From: the human T2T-CHM13v2.0 reference genome, Homo sapiens
NCBI RefSeq assembly: GCF_009914755.1
Contig: NC_060939.1
Strand: one strand, 5' to 3'
DNA: 64,000 bases
Below the pieces are notes generated by a model. That model was not told the DNA's origin. It saw only the letters and a list, made by a program, of their open reading frames with translations, and did not search any database. A program made the translations under genes and the position numbers. How positions within the stretch are numbered: position 1 is the stretch's first letter; each line of letters opens with the position of its first letter. This document shows positions 44,473 to 62,030 of the stretch, piece after piece.

Positions 44473-44838
44473 TGTATTAGTCCCTTCTCACATTGCTATA
44501 AAGAATTTCCCTGAGATGGTAATTTATAAAGGAAACAGGTTTAATTGACTCACATTTCCACATGGCCCGGGAGGCCTCAGGAAACTTACAATTATGGCAG
44601 AAGGGGAAGCAGGCACCTTCTTCACAAAGTGGCAGGAGAAAGAAGAGTGAGCAAAGGAGGAACTTGCCAAACACTTATAAAACCATCAAATCTCCTGAGA
44701 ACTCACTCGTATCACAAGAATAGCATGGGGGAAACCACCCCCATAAGCCAATCGCTTCCCACCAGATTCCTCCCTTAATACCTGGGGTTTACAATTCAAG
44801 ATGAGATTTGCACAGGGACACAAAGCTAAACCATATCA
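44473..44838 (-). mobile_element. MaLR solo LTR (MSTA/THE1D-type)
   Basis: tgtattagtcc...aaaccatatca; 5-bp TSD CCTTC at 44468-44472 and 44839-44843. Confidence 0.92.
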
Positions 44839-45550
44839 CCTTCCTTACACCTTGCACAAAAATTAACTCAGGATGGATTAAGACTTAAATGTAAAACCTA
44901 AAATGATAAAAACACTAAAAGAAAATCTAGGCAATACCATTCAGGATTTAGGCATGGGGAAAGATTTCACGGTGAAAACTCCAAAAGCAATTGCAACAAA
45001 TGCAAAAATTGACAAATGGGATCTAAACTAAAGAGCTTCTGCACAGCAAAAGAAACTATCATCAGAGTGAACAGACAACCTACAGAATAAGAGAAAATGT
45101 TTGCCTTCTGACAAAGGTCTAATATCCAGAGTCTACAAGGAACTTAAATTTACAAGAAACAACCAACCAACCCCATTAAAAAGTGGGCAAAGGACATGAA
45201 CAGACACTTCTCAAAAAAAGACATTTATGCAGCCAACAAACATGAAAAAAAGCTCAACATCACTGATCATTAGAGAAATGCAAATCAAAACCACAACGAG
45301 ATACCATCTCACATCAGTCAGAATGGCGATGATAAAAGTCAAGAAACAACAGATGCTGGCAAGGTTGCGGAGAAAAAGGAACACTTTTACACTGTTGGTG
45401 GGAGAATAAATTAGTTCAACCACTGTGGAAGAAAGTGTGGTGATTCCTCAAAGATCTAGAGGCAGAAATACCATTGGACCCAGCAATCCCTTTCCTGGAT
45501 ATAGACCCAAAGGTATATAAATCATTCTGCTATAAAAATACATGCACACT

Positions 45551-45872
<322 letters not shown>

Positions 45873-46175
45873 CTATTCACAACAACAAAGACATGGAATC
45901 AATCCAAATGCTCATCAATGATAAAGAAAATGTGGTACATATACACCATGGAATACTATACAGCCAAAAAAAGGAATGAGAACAAGTCCTTGGCAGAGAC
46001 ATGGATGGAGCTAGAAGCTGTTACCCTCAGCAAACTAATGCAAGAAAAGAAAACCAAAAACAAAACACCACATGTTCTCACTTACAAGTGGGAGCTGAAC
46101 AATGAGAACACATGGACACATTGCGGGGAACAACACACACTGGGGCCTGTCGGGGGGAGCGGGAGGGAGAGCATC

Positions 46176-47905
46176 GTGACCTTGATTAGCCAAGTTTCTT
46201 AATTATAATGCCAAAGCACAAGAAACAAAAGAAAAAAAACATAAATTGCACTTCATCAAAATTAAAAACTTTTGATGAAAGTTTTTCATCAAAGAACACT
46301 ATCACAAAAGTGAAAAGACAACCCACACAATGGGGGAAAATATTTGCAAATAATAAGACTCTGATGAGAGTCTAGTATCCAGAATATATGAATAATTCTT
46401 ACAACTCAAAGAAAACAACCTAACTGAAAAACGGCCAAAGGTTTGTCTTTTTCCCCCCTCCAAATGTATCTTTTATTTCAATATGTTTTTAGGGAGGAGG
46501 TGGTGGTTGGTTACATGAATAAATTCTTTTTTTTTTTTTTTTTTGAGACGAAGTCTTGCTCTGTCGCCCAGGCTGGAGTGCAGTGGCACAATCTTGGCTC
46601 ACTTCAACCTCTGCATCCTGGGTTCACGTGATTCTCCTGCCTTAGCCTCGTGAATAGTGCGCCACCATGCCCAGCTAATTTTTATATTTTTAGTAGACAT
46701 GGGGTTTTACCACATGGGTCAGGCTGGTCTCGAGCTCCTGACCTCGTGATCCGCCTGCCTCGGCCTCCCAAAGTGTTGGGATTACAGGCGTGAGCCACCA
46801 CGTCCAGCCACAAATAAATTCTTTAGTGGAGATTTCTGAGATTTTGGTGCATCTATCACCCGAGCAGTGTACACTGTACCCGACGTGTAGTCTTTTATCC
46901 CTCACCCAGCCAAAGGTTTTGAACAGACATTTCTCCAAATAAAATACACAAATGGCCAAGAAACACATGAAAAGATGCTCAGCACCAGTAGTCGTTATAA
47001 AAAATGCAAATTAAAACCGCAGTGAGATAACACTGGGATGGCTGTAATCAAAAAGACAAATAATAACAAGCATTGGCAAAGATATGGAGAAACTGGAACC
47101 CTCATACTTTGCAGGTGGGAATGTAAAATGGTACAGCCACCGTGGAAAACACGTGGAAAACAGTTTGGCAGTTCCTCAAAAAGTAAAACATAAAGTTATC
47201 ATATGATCCAGCAATTCCTCTCCTAGGTATTTATCCAAGACAAGACAACTGAAAATTTCTTTGCACAAAAACTTGTACAACGTTTTTAGCAGTATTATTT
47301 GTAATAGCCAAAAAAGTAGAAACAACCCAAATGTCCATCAACGAGTGAATGGATATACAAAATGGTATATCTATACAATGAAACATTACTCAGCCATAAA
47401 AAGGAATGAAGTACTGATACATGCTACAACATGGATGAACCTTGAAAATGTTGTAAGTAAAAGAAGCCAGACACAAAAAGCCACATGTTGCATGATTCCA
47501 TTTATAGGAAGTGTCCAGAATGGGAAAATCTTTAGAGACAAAAAACAGATTAGTAGTTGACAGACCACTAGGAAAGGGAGGAAATTGGGAGTTACATGGT
47601 ATCTTTTTGAGGCAATGGAAAGTAATATAGAATTAGAAAGTAGAGGGTAAAGTCCTCTAAAGCTTTGCCTGCTCAGAGCTCCTCTGCTCCTAGTGGCCAG
47701 AACAGAGAGGTGGAGCAGATCTGCAGCCCAGGGGTTCTGGTGGCCATGCCTGTCCCAGGGCCATGCAAGGCACAGGTGTCGCAAAAGAGAGAAACAAAGA
47801 AAGTAGTGACTTTTTAGCACAGTACTAAAAACCACTGAAATGTATACTCTAAGATAGTTTAAATGGTGAATTTTACATCATGTGAATTTTATCTGAATTA
47901 AAAAT
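46176..47905 (+). mobile_element. Old L1M (L1MB-like) 3' region, right piece
   Basis: cttcatcaaaattaaaaacttt...acatggatgaaccttgaaaa...ggtgaattttacatcatgtgaattttatc. Confidence 0.8.
46445..46908 (-). mobile_element. L1PB 3' tip containing an Alu (46527-46809)
   Basis: ggttacatgaataaattcttt...agtggagatttctgagattttggtgc; TSD GCCAAAGGTTT at 46434-46444 and 46909-46919. Confidence 0.85.
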
Positions 47906-47914
47906 AAATTTTAA

Positions 47915-48437
47915 AACCATTGATAATCTCTCAGTCTGTAGTTCAAAAATCAGAAATTGGGCTGCGTTCTCTGCTCAGGATATCAAGGTATCAGTAGGGT
48001 GAGTTCTTGTCTTGAGGCTCTGAGGGAAATCTGCCTCCAATCTCATCATTCTTGTCTGTAGCCAAATTCAATTCCCTGTGGTTGTAGGATTAACATCCTA
48101 CTTTCCTTGCTGGCTGTCAGCTCTTATCTCCTAGAGACCACCCACATTCCTTGATTCATGACTCTTTCTGCTTTCAATGTGTATCAACTCCTTGTGCTTC
48201 AAGTCTCTGATTTCTTCTTCTTGAACTAGCCATAAAGAAGCCTTTGCTCTTAGAAGGTTCATGTAATTAGTTCAGGTCCGCCCAGTTAATCTCCCTATCT
48301 CCAGGTGAACTGTGCCATATGATACAGCCCAATCGAGGGATTAACATTCATGAAATTCACAGTACTGAGCATTACACAGGGAGGTACACTAGCAGGATGG
48401 GACATCTTGGTGGTCATCTTAGAATTCTGCCCCTACA
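47915..48437 (-). mobile_element. MLT1-type LTR, right piece
   Basis: gaggctctgagggaaatctgcctcc...attccctgtggttgtagga...catcttagaattctgcc. Confidence 0.75.
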
Positions 48438-48581
48438 TAAACCACCACTGATAATCAAAGCCTAGGCCCACTGATTCACCAGAGGATGCAAAATGGTCAT
48501 ATTTTCATCTGTTTTCATTTATCTCACCATGTATAAACTTTCATTTCTCTATAATGTATATTTAAAAATCATATGTATTTT

Positions 48582-48903
48582 GGCCAAGCGCGGTGGCTCA
48601 TGCCTGTAATCCTAGCACTTTGGAAGGCAGAGGCGGGCAGACTACCTGAGGTCAGGAGTTCGAGACCAGCCTGACCAACATGGTGAAACCCCGTCTCTAC
48701 TAAAAATAAAAATTAAAAAAAAAAAATTAGCCAGGCTGGTAGCGGGCACCTGTAGTCCCAGCTACTCAGGAGGGTGAGGCATGAGAATCGCTTGAACCCG
48801 GGAGGCGGTGCTTGCAGTGAGCCAAGATCGCACCACTGCGCCCCAGCCTGGTGACAGAGTGAGACTCCGTCTCCCCCCAAAAAAAACAAAAACAAAAACA
48901 AAA
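48582..48903 (+). mobile_element. AluS-like
   Basis: complete Alu. Confidence 0.92.
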
Positions 48904-48945
48904 AGAAACATATTTATTTCCTTTTCCATGTATGTCCTTTGCCAT

Positions 48946-49239
48946 TTTTTCTTTTCTTTTCTTGAGACAGTCTCACTCTGCCACCAGGCTGGAGTGCAGT
49001 GGCACATGTTGGTTCACTGCAACCTCCAACTCCTTGGTTCAAGAGATTCTCCTGCCTCAGTCTACCAAGTAGCTGAGATTATAGGCACACGCCACCACAC
49101 TCAGCTAATTTTTGTATTTTTAGTAGAGACAGCGGTTCTACCATGTTGGCCAAGTTGGTCTCGAACTCCTGACCTTGTCATCAGCCTGCCTCGGCCTCCC
49201 AAAGTGCTGGGATTACAGGCGTGAGCCACCGTGTCTGGC
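48946..49239 (-). mobile_element. AluS-like
   Basis: complete antisense Alu. Confidence 0.92.
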
Positions 49240-50354
49240 TTTTATTTTCAACTTTTATTTTAGATTTGGGGAGTACATGGGCAGGTATGTTACCTGGGTA
49301 TATTGTATGATGCTGAGGTTTGAGGTGTGAAATGATCCTGTCACCCAGGTGCTGAGCATAGGTTTTCAAACCCTGCCCCTAATTGCACTGCCCCTCAGTA
49401 GTCCCCAGGGTCTATTGCTGCCATCTTTATGTCCATGAGTAACCAATGTTTAGCTCCCACTTACAAGTGAGAACATGCAGTATTTGATTTTCTCTTCCTA
49501 TGTTAATTTGCTTAGGATAACGGCCTCCAGTTGCATTCATATTGCTACAAAAAAAAAAAGATTTCATTCTTTTTTTTTTATGGTTGTTTATATTCCATGG
49601 TGTGTATGTACCACATAGTCTTTATCCAATCCACCACTGATGGGCACCTAGGTTGATTCCATGTTGTTGTGATTGTGAATAGTGGTGCCATGTACATGTG
49701 ATTATGTGTCTTTTTAGTAGAACAATTTGTTTTCTTTGGGGTATATATCCAGTAAGGGGATAGCTGGGTTGAACAGTAGTTCTGTTTTAATTTATTTGAG
49801 AAATCTCCAAACTGCTTTCCACAGTGACTAATTTATATTCTCACCAACAGTCTATGTGCATTCCCTTTTCTCCACAGGCCTTATCAACACCTGGTTTTGA
49901 TGGTTTTGAGACAAGGTCTCACTCTATTGCCCAGGCTGGAGTGCAGTGGCGTGATCACAGCTGACTACAGCCTTGCCCTCCTGGGGTAAGGTGATCCTCC
50001 CACTTCAGCCTACCAGGTAGCTGAGACTACAGGTGTGGGCTGCCATGTCCAGCTAATATTTTGTATTTTGAGTAGAGAAGGGGTTTTGCCATGCTGTCCA
50101 GACTGATCTCGAACTCCTGGGCTCAAGCAATCCACCTACCTCAGCCTCCCAAAGTGCTGGGCTTACAGGCATGAGCCACCCATGCCCAGCCATTTTTTGA
50201 CTTTTTAAAAATAGCCATTCTGACTGATGTGAGATGGTATCTTATTGTGGTTTTGATTTGCATTTCTCTGATTAGTGATGATAAACATTGCTTCATGTTT
50301 CTTGGCCACTTGCACGGCTTCTTTTGAGAAATATCTGTTCCTGTCTTTTGCCCA

Positions 50355-50390
<36 letters not shown>

Positions 50391-51480
50391 AGACAGGGTC
50401 TGGCTCTATCACTCAGGCTGGGTGCAGTGGTGTGAAGACAGCTAACTGCAGCCTCAAACTCCTGGGCTCAAGAGATTCTCCTACCTCAGCTGCCCACGTG
50501 TCTGGGACCACAAGCATGTGCCACCATACCTGGCTAATTTCTTTATTTTTTGTAGAGACAGGGTCTCCCTTTGTTGCCCAAGCTGGTCTCAAACTCCTTT
50601 TGCCCATTTTTAATGGGGTTGTTTGTTTTTGGCTTGTTCAATGGTTTAAATTCCTTATAAATTCTGGATATTAGACCTTTGTCAGATGCACAGTTTGTGA
50701 ATATATTCTCCCTTCTGTAGGTTGTCTGTTTACTCTGTTGTTTCTTTTGCTATGCAGAAGCTCTCTAGTTTAATTAGATCCTACTTGTCAATTTTTGTTT
50801 TTGTTGCAATTGCTTTCAAGACTTAGTCATATATTCTTTTGCAAGACTGTTGTCCAGAATGGTGTTTCCTGGGTATTCTTGGATTCTTATAGTTTGAGGC
50901 CTTAGATTTAAATCTATAATCCATCTTAATTTTTGTACATGGTGATAGGTATGGGTCCATTTTCATTCTTCTACATATGGATAGCCAGCTATCCCAGCGC
51001 CATTTACTGGGCCTTTCACCATTGCTTGTTTTTCTCAATTTTGTCAAATATCAGATGGCTACAAGTATGTGGCTTTATTTCTAGGTTCTCCATTCTATTG
51101 GTCTAAATTGTTTTCGTACCAGTACCATGCTGTTTTTGATACTGCTGTCTTATATTTGAAGTAAAGTAATGTGATGCCTCCAACTTTGTTCTTTTTGCTT
51201 AGGATTGATTTGGCTATTTGGGCTCTTTTTTGGTTCCGTATGAATTTTAACACAGTTTTTTCCAATTCTGTGAAAAATTCCATTGTAGTTTGATAGAAAT
51301 AGTGTTCAATGTGTAGACTGCTTTGAGCAGTGTGGCTATTTTAATGAGATTGATTCCTTCAATTCATGAGCATAGAATGTTTTTCCATTTGTTTGTGTCA
51401 TCTATGATTTATTTTATCAGTGTTTTTTAGTTCTCCTTGTAGAGATGTTTCACCTCAATGGTTAAGACGTATTTCCTAGG

Positions 51481-51529
<49 letters not shown>

Positions 51530-53498
51530 TGTAAATGGGATTGCTTTCTTGATGTGGCTCTCAGCTTGTATATTACTGGTATATTGAAATGGTACCAGTT
51601 TTTGAACGTTGATTTTGTATCTTGAAACCTTGCTAAAATTGTTTATAAATTCTAATAGCCTTTTGGTGGAGTCCTTAGGGTGTTGTAAGTATAGAATCAT
51701 ATTGTCAGCAAAGAGAAATAGTTTGTCTTCTTTTCCTATTTGGATGCCTTTTCTTTCTCTTGCCTGAGTGCTCTAACACTTCCAGTACTGTACTGAATAG
51801 GAGTCATGAGAGTGGGTATGCTTGTCTTGTTCCAGTTCTCAGGGTACTGCATCCAGTTTCTGCCTATACAGTATGATGCTGGCTGTGGGTTTGTCACAGA
51901 GGGCTCTTATTATTTGGAAGTATGTTCGTTCGATGCCTAGTTTGCTGAGGGTTTTTATCGTGATAGGATGTTAGATTTTATCAAAAGCTTTTTTCATGTC
52001 TATTAAGATGATTATATGATTTTTATGTTTAATTCTGTTTATGTGGTGAATCACACTTATTGATTTGCTTATGTTGAACCAACCTTGCACCCCAGGACTG
52101 AAACCTACTTAATCATGGTGAATTAACTTTTTGATGTGCTATTGAATTTGGTTTGCTAGTATTTTGTTAAGTATGTTTACATCTATGTTCATCAGGGATA
52201 CTGGCCTATAGCTTTCTTTTTTTTTTCATTGTGTCCTTGCCAGGTTTTGGTATTGGGATGATGGGACTCATTCCACTTTATAGAATGAGTAAGGAAGGAG
52301 TTCCTCCTCAATTTTTTAGAATAGTAGAATTGGTACCAGCTCTTCTCTTTTTGAATTTCTAGTAGAATTCAGCTATAAATTCATTTGATCCTAGGGTGTT
52401 TGTTTGTTTCATTGATACTTTGTATGGATTTTGGTGTCTCAATTTGTTATATTCAGCTCTGATTTAGTTATTTCATTTCTTCTGCTAGCCTTGAGATTAG
52501 TTTGTTCTTGTTTTTCTAGTTCTTCTAGGTGTGATGTTAGATCATTAATTTGAGATCTTTCTAACTTTTTGAGGTGATGTTCAGTGCTACATATGCTCCT
52601 TTTAATACTGTTGCCACTGCATCCCAGATATTTTGGTATGTTGTGCCTCTGTTTTCATTTATTTCAAAGAATTTTTTAAATTTCTGCCTTGATTTCATTA
52701 CCCAGATGTCATTTCATTACCCAAAAGTCATTCAAGAGCAAGTTGTTTAACTTCCATGCAATTGTGTGATTTTGAGAGATCTTCTTGGTACTTCTATGTT
52801 TATTCCACCGTGGTCCAAAAGTACGGTTGGTAGGATTTCAATTTTTTTGAATTTATTGAGACTTGCTTTACAGCCAAGCATGTGGTCAATCTTAGAGTAT
52901 GTTCATGTGCAGATGAGAAGAATGTATATTCTGTGGTTGATGGATGGTGGCTGTGCCTGCCATTGGGGTCCTATAGACATATCTACCACTCCACAGCAGG
53001 CACTCCAATCTCTAGCCTGAGACTAAAATGCCTATATAGCTGCACTGCCAGGTCACCAAGGAATTCCTGATTTTGTACACAACCAGATTTAAAATGGCAT
53101 CCTGCTCTCAGGGTCTTGGAAAATACCTGCAGCTTTTCCCAGTGTCTTTCCCTCACAGTGTCTCCAAGATTTTCCCCATGTTAGCTCCAGGGCTTGGGAG
53201 AAACAAAGGGCTTTCCCTCTACCTGAGTTGCTCAGATCCCCAGTGGAAAGGTCAGTCAGAGAGAGGGGCTCTCTACCTCTTTCACATACTTAGGCCTCAC
53301 TCACTTTTATCAACTGGATGCCATCATGGGGGCTGTTTGCCAGTGTTCTCCTCTCTGGGATTGAGGGTGTCCTTCACAATTCCATTGGATACTCATTTTC
53401 CTTTTTGAATTAAAGCTCACAGAGTTGATCTTTATGTACTATCTTGCTATTTCCAGGTGGCTGAGGCATGCCAAAAGCCTCTAATCTGCCATCTTGGG
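49240..53498 (-). mobile_element. Old primate LINE-1 with internal deletions (3' end at ~49240, 5' end at ~53498)
   Basis: 3' end ttttcaacttttattttagatt; ORF2 remnants ([17 protein letters not shown]); 5' end atctgccatcttgg; contains Alus at 49905-50191 and 50357-50596. Confidence 0.85.
51485..51528. repeat. (TG)n microsatellite, ~22 units
   Basis: perfect dinucleotide run. Confidence 0.97.
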
Positions 53499-54019
53499 GA
53501 AAAAGAAGCCTGCTTTTGTTTTTAAGAAAAATTTTTTCAAATTTTACTCTGATTTATCAAAAATATCTAAACTAGTCATTTTCAATCTTGGCTGCATGTT
53601 GGAATCACTTGGGAGCTAATATTCCTTGCCATTTTTCTACTGAGTGTTTCATCCTTTTCTTACTGATTTATGGAAGCTTTTCATATACTAAAAAAAAAAA
53701 CTGAACATATTTAAACTGTAAATACTTTCATCAGGTTATTATGTTTTGATTTCTTGTTATAAAATTTTAAATACATTTTAAATTTTAGATTTTTACATTT
53801 ATAAAAATGTGAAGATAGTAAAGAGAATTTGCACATACCCTGTACCCAGTTTCCTCTATAATGCTATCCAGAATTTTAAAAAATAATTTTATGTAATAAA
53901 ATGCATCAATATTTTATTTTTTAATTCTGGGCTTTGTCTTATGCTTAAAAGAGCAATCCCCATTTTTAGAGAATAAAACATAATTCTCTCAGGTTTTTTT
54001 CCTAATATTTTTATGGCTT

Positions 54020-55000
54020 AATTTTTTAATTTTAACTTTTAATTGTAGTAAAACACATATATAATTTACCATCTTAAAGTATACAGTTCAGTGGTATTAA
54101 GTATATTCACATTACTGCATAACCAACCTCCAGAATGTTTTCATCTTGTAAAACTGAAACTATATCCATCAAGCAACAACTCCCCATTTTCCCCTTCTCC
54201 ATCCCCTATGATCCTCATCTACTTTTAGCTTTTATGAATTTGACTACTCTAGATATTTTACACAAGTAGAATCATCCAGTACTTGTCTTTCTGTGACTGA
54301 CTTATTTCATTAAGCATAATGTCCTCAAGGTTCTATAGCATGTGTCAGAATTTCCTTCCTTTTTGTGGCTGAATAATATTCCATGTATAGTATACACATA
54401 CTACATTCTGTTTATCCATTTATCTGTAGATGCATACCTCGGTTGTTTCTACCTTTTAGCTACTGTGACTAATGCTGCTAAGAACATACATGTTATAATA
54501 CCTCTTTGAGACTCTATTCTCAACTATTTCGGATATATACACAGAAGTGAAATTGTTGGAGAGTTTATCCTATGATATGGTATGGCTGTGTCCCTACCCA
54601 AATCTCATCTTGAATTCCCATGTGTTGTGGGAGGGATCTGGTAGGAGGTAACTGAATCATGGGGGCAGGTCTTTCCTATGCTGGTTTTATGATAGTGAAT
54701 AAGTCTCACGAGATCTGACGGTTTTACAAACAGGGGTTTCCCTGCACACGCTCTCTCTTTGCCTGCCACCATCCACGTGAGATGTGACTTGCTCCACCTT
54801 GCTTTCCACCGTGATTGTGGGGCCTCTCCAGCCACATGGAACTGTAAGTCCATTAAACCTCTTTTTATCTATAAATCATCCAGTCTTGGGTATGTCTTTA
54901 TCAGCAGCGTGAAAATCATCCAGTATTCGTCTTTCTGTGACTAGACTAATACATCCTATTTTCAATTTTTTGAGGAACCATCAAGCTATTTTTTCGTAAT
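54020..55000 (-). mobile_element. L1MB-like 3' end
   Basis: tacagttcagtggtattaagtatattcac...aatgtcctcaaggtt...tttttgaggaacca. Confidence 0.8.
54573..54953 (+). mobile_element. THE1 solo LTR
   Basis: tgatatggtatggctgtgtcc...agactaataca; TSD TCCTA at 54568-54572 and 54954-54958. Confidence 0.93.
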
Positions 55001-55169
55001 ATGGCCATATTTTTATGTCATATCTTTACTCCATTTGGAATTTATTTTGGGATAATGTGAGGTAAAAAACAATGTTATTTTGTTCCAGATGGCTAGCCAC
55101 AACAGGGAATACTATTCCATTTATTAGAAGTCTTCCTCTGTGTCCCTCAATAGGGTTTTTAGGGAGTTT

Positions 55170-56765
<1,596 letters not shown>

Positions 56766-56807
56766 TGGGTGCATATAGTTGATCCTTGAACTATATACAT
56801 TGTGATA

Positions 56808-57808
56808 TAGTTGATTCTTGAACAATGCGGATGTTAGAAGCTCTGATACTCTGTGCAGTCAAAAGTCCATGTATAACTTTTGATTACCCTAAAACTTAAC
56901 TACTAAAATAGGCTACTGTTGACTGGAAGCCTTAACAGATAACATGAAGAACTGATTAACAAATATATGTTATATGTTGTATTACATACTGTGTTCTTAC
57001 AATAAAGTAGGCTAGAGAAAAGATATAATTAAGAAATCATAAGAAAGAGAAAATACATTTATAGTACTATATTTATCATACTATATGTTTTCATTGTCTA
57101 TTTACAAGATGAATCATCTGTCTGAAATGGCGGGCAACCAAGGTTGAAGACCTCAATCTACGGTATATATCAAGCAATTCAGCTTTTTCTGGTAACGTCA
57201 TGGCTTTTCTGTTTCTTGGGAGCACTTCCAGCATCACTAGTGGCACTTTATATGGGTCCCATGGTGTTATTTAAGGTTTATGGTACAGCACTAAAGATGA
57301 TGAAAAATATGTGAGAACCAAAAGATACTATTTTTTACTGTGATGTGCAATTTATTGGAGAAATGAACTGCTTTCATAGAGATGATTAGCACCATGTGGT
57401 ATTTTAAGCAGATACTTGCAACATTTGACCTCACCACAATAGCAATAGGAGGTGGCTATGAAATTACAGTAGTACAGTAAGCACAGTTAATTTTATGCAG
57501 TTATGATTTAATACTGCATCATTGTTTACCTTCCTCTCTACTGCAAATGGTGCCACGTAGGGTCTGCAAATGCTTGTGTAAGTTTTGATAAATTTTAACT
57601 TTTTGTAATAGATTTGTGTAAGTTTTACGGTAGTAAATAATAAAGTAGACTAGTGTCTACATATATTTTATGCAGTCATGACAGACTTAACTTTTTCTTA
57701 ATTTGTTGGTATTTCTAGGCTATAGGGTTCATCTGTTGAGTTTTTTCAATTTGTTGCAATTCTTCAAAAAATTTCAGGTTCAAACCCATGTTGTTCAAAG
57801 GTATACTG
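56808..57808. mobile_element. Tigger2-family DNA transposon (~1 kb non-autonomous derivative)
   Basis: termini agttgattcttgaacaa / ttgttcaaaggtatactg + TA; internal aaaacttaactactaa, ggaagccttaacagataaca. Confidence 0.8.
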
Positions 57809-58119
57809 TATATGTGTGTGTGTGTGTGTGTATGATACGTAAACATATCTTCAAAGATATATGATATATAAAGATATCTTTATAAGGACAGCTAATGTCA
57901 TTTATTTTTTATCTACCTACAATATATGGCCTTATCCACAGGCAATAAATGTTTGTTGAATTAAATTGAGTCCAAGTATCTTTGTTTTTGTTCGTTCCTT
58001 CATTTGCTATAGTATATTTCAACAGTTAATTAACAATTAAAAGACAAAAACTAAGAAAATTTCCACAATACCAGATTGTTACAAAACTGAAGGGAAGAGG
58101 ATTACCATTTAATAACATT

Positions 58120-58295
58120 AATTCAGTGAATGTTTACTGTGTCAGATACTGGGATAAGCACTTTATATACATTATTTCATCTGATCCTCAAAGAATTCTA
58201 TGGCTATACCCATTTTATAGATGAGAAAACAGAGGCTCAGATTTAACTAACTTGCCCAAGGTCACAGAGTTGTGTCTTTCTGACTCGAAAGCCTA
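58120..58295 (-). mobile_element. MIR
   Basis: cccattttatagatgagaaaacagaggctcag...aacttgcccaaggtcacag. Confidence 0.85.
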
Positions 58296-58319
58296 TATAT
58301 GAAGTTTTAAACTATGTAT

Positions 58320-58508
58320 CAGTGGTTCTCAAACTTCAGTATGCATAAAGATTACCCCAAAAGTGTGTTAAAATGTAGATTCCTGAGTCCTACTCCCAAA
58401 GATTCTGATTGAGTAGTTCTGGGATAAAGCCCATGAACTTGGATTTCTAACAATCCCCCTCAGGTAATACAGATACTGGTGGTCCATCAACCACACACTG
58501 AGTAGCAA
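58320..58508. mobile_element. MER5A-like (hAT-Charlie)
   Basis: cagtggttctcaaactt...gattctgattgagtag...accacacactgagtagca. Confidence 0.8.
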
Positions 58509-58699
58509 TGTACAATTCTCTCCCCTAGGCTACACTACTTTGCTTTTTAAGCTTTATGACAAATACTGTAGTCAGTACTTTTAAAAAAATCACTGTGTTT
58601 TTGTAGGAAATAGACATGCTCATTATAAAGAAGTATAAGCAATGCATACAAATACAAAGAAAAAAATCAATCACCCTGTTCACATCATTCTATACTCTC

Positions 58700-59250
58700 T
58701 GCTTGATCTCTATTAGGCTATGCCAACAAGGTGTGCTAGAGGGAGACTGGAAGGCTGGAGGACAAAAATGAATATGATGCTTCTGTTCTTCTCCATGGCA
58801 ACCCTGGCCTGATGTCTACTATCCTGCATTGGCAGTTTGTTTCAGTCATAGCAGTTGCGGTAAATCTAGTTTGTAGTATTTCCAACACTTGCAGAAACAG
58901 ACTTCTGCACTCCTCAGAGACACCTGCACCAGGTGTCTGGGTCCCAGGCCTACAGGGCTGCTCTTCCAAGCCCAGAGGTATTAATACCAGCTTAAACAGT
59001 ATTCCTTTCTCAGAGATCTGAGTTTATACTCCACAGGGCCCCTCCTCTGAGTTTGTACAATTTAATAATTTCAGCCACAATCCTTTGTTCCACAGCCTTA
59101 GGAATGGCAGCTAGTTCTCACAGTTGCTATCTCTGTGAAAACTTTAGCATCTTATTTTTGCTACTTAAATCTCTGTTAGCAATACTTTATATTATTTGTT
59201 AAAAATAACTGGTGTGGTTTCTGTTTCCTGACCAAATCCTAGTTGATTTA
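58700..59250 (+). mobile_element. ERVL solo LTR (LTR33-like)
   Basis: gctagagggagactggaaggctggagg...aaataactggtgtggtttctgtttcctga. Confidence 0.65.
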
Positions 59251-59332
59251 CATTTCAAGTCCCATCAGCCAGAAACTATCATTACTATTAACATCAATAA
59301 AGCTGTTAAAGCTTGTTAATTTAAAAAAGAGA

Positions 59333-59983
<651 letters not shown>

Positions 59984-60048
59984 TTAGAAGTCTGTTGGAT
60001 ACAACATCCATGTTCTTTTCCTTCATCTTCATAAACCTATGAGGTAGG

Positions 60049-60661
60049 TGTGAAAGTAAAATAAACCTTAGAACCCCAAAATCACTAAGCCAAGGGAAAG
60101 GTCAAGCTGAGAACTACGTAGCTAGGCAAACCTGCCTCCCATTCTATTCCTAAATAAGATAGCAACAAAGATAAAAAAAAAAAACTACATACCTCCCTCA
60201 CGATTTGCTCACAAGGAAGAGTTCTGTTGAATTTCACCCTGCCAATGTAAACTGATAGCTTATCTTCAAAGATGTGGGACAGAAAGTCATCTCTGCTCAT
60301 CTGAGACAAATGCATATCTGATCGGTTTCTCTGCCCTGTTGTTTATGTAAAAATGGAGATTCACTGAGCCAGACTAAATTATGTATTCAGTGAAAGGCTG
60401 ATCAAGGATTCAAAAGAATGCAAACTTTTGTCTCTTATCTGCCTATGACCTGGACGCCTGCCTACCCCTCACCCCGCCGCTAGCCAATGTATCAATATTA
60501 GTTGATGTCTCACGTCTACCTAAAATGTATAAAAGCAAGCTGTATCCCCACCACCTTGGGCTCAGGAACCCCTGAGGCTATGTCATGGGTACATGCTTAA
60601 CCTTGGCAAAATAAACTTTCTAAATTGATTGAAATCTGTCTCAGATACTTTTGAGTTCACA
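60049..60661 (+). mobile_element. ERV1 solo LTR (MER4 family)
   Basis: tgtgaa...ccccaaaatcactaagcc...gtataaaa (TATA)...aaaataaac (PAS)...ttcaca. Confidence 0.8.
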
Positions 60662-60749
60662 AAGCAAGTCATTCCCAATTTTTAAAAAGTTAAGAAAAAT
60701 AAATGTAAAGCAGTCACACCATTGGTCAAAAGAAGCAATGAAATCTAAA

Positions 60750-62030
<1,281 letters not shown>

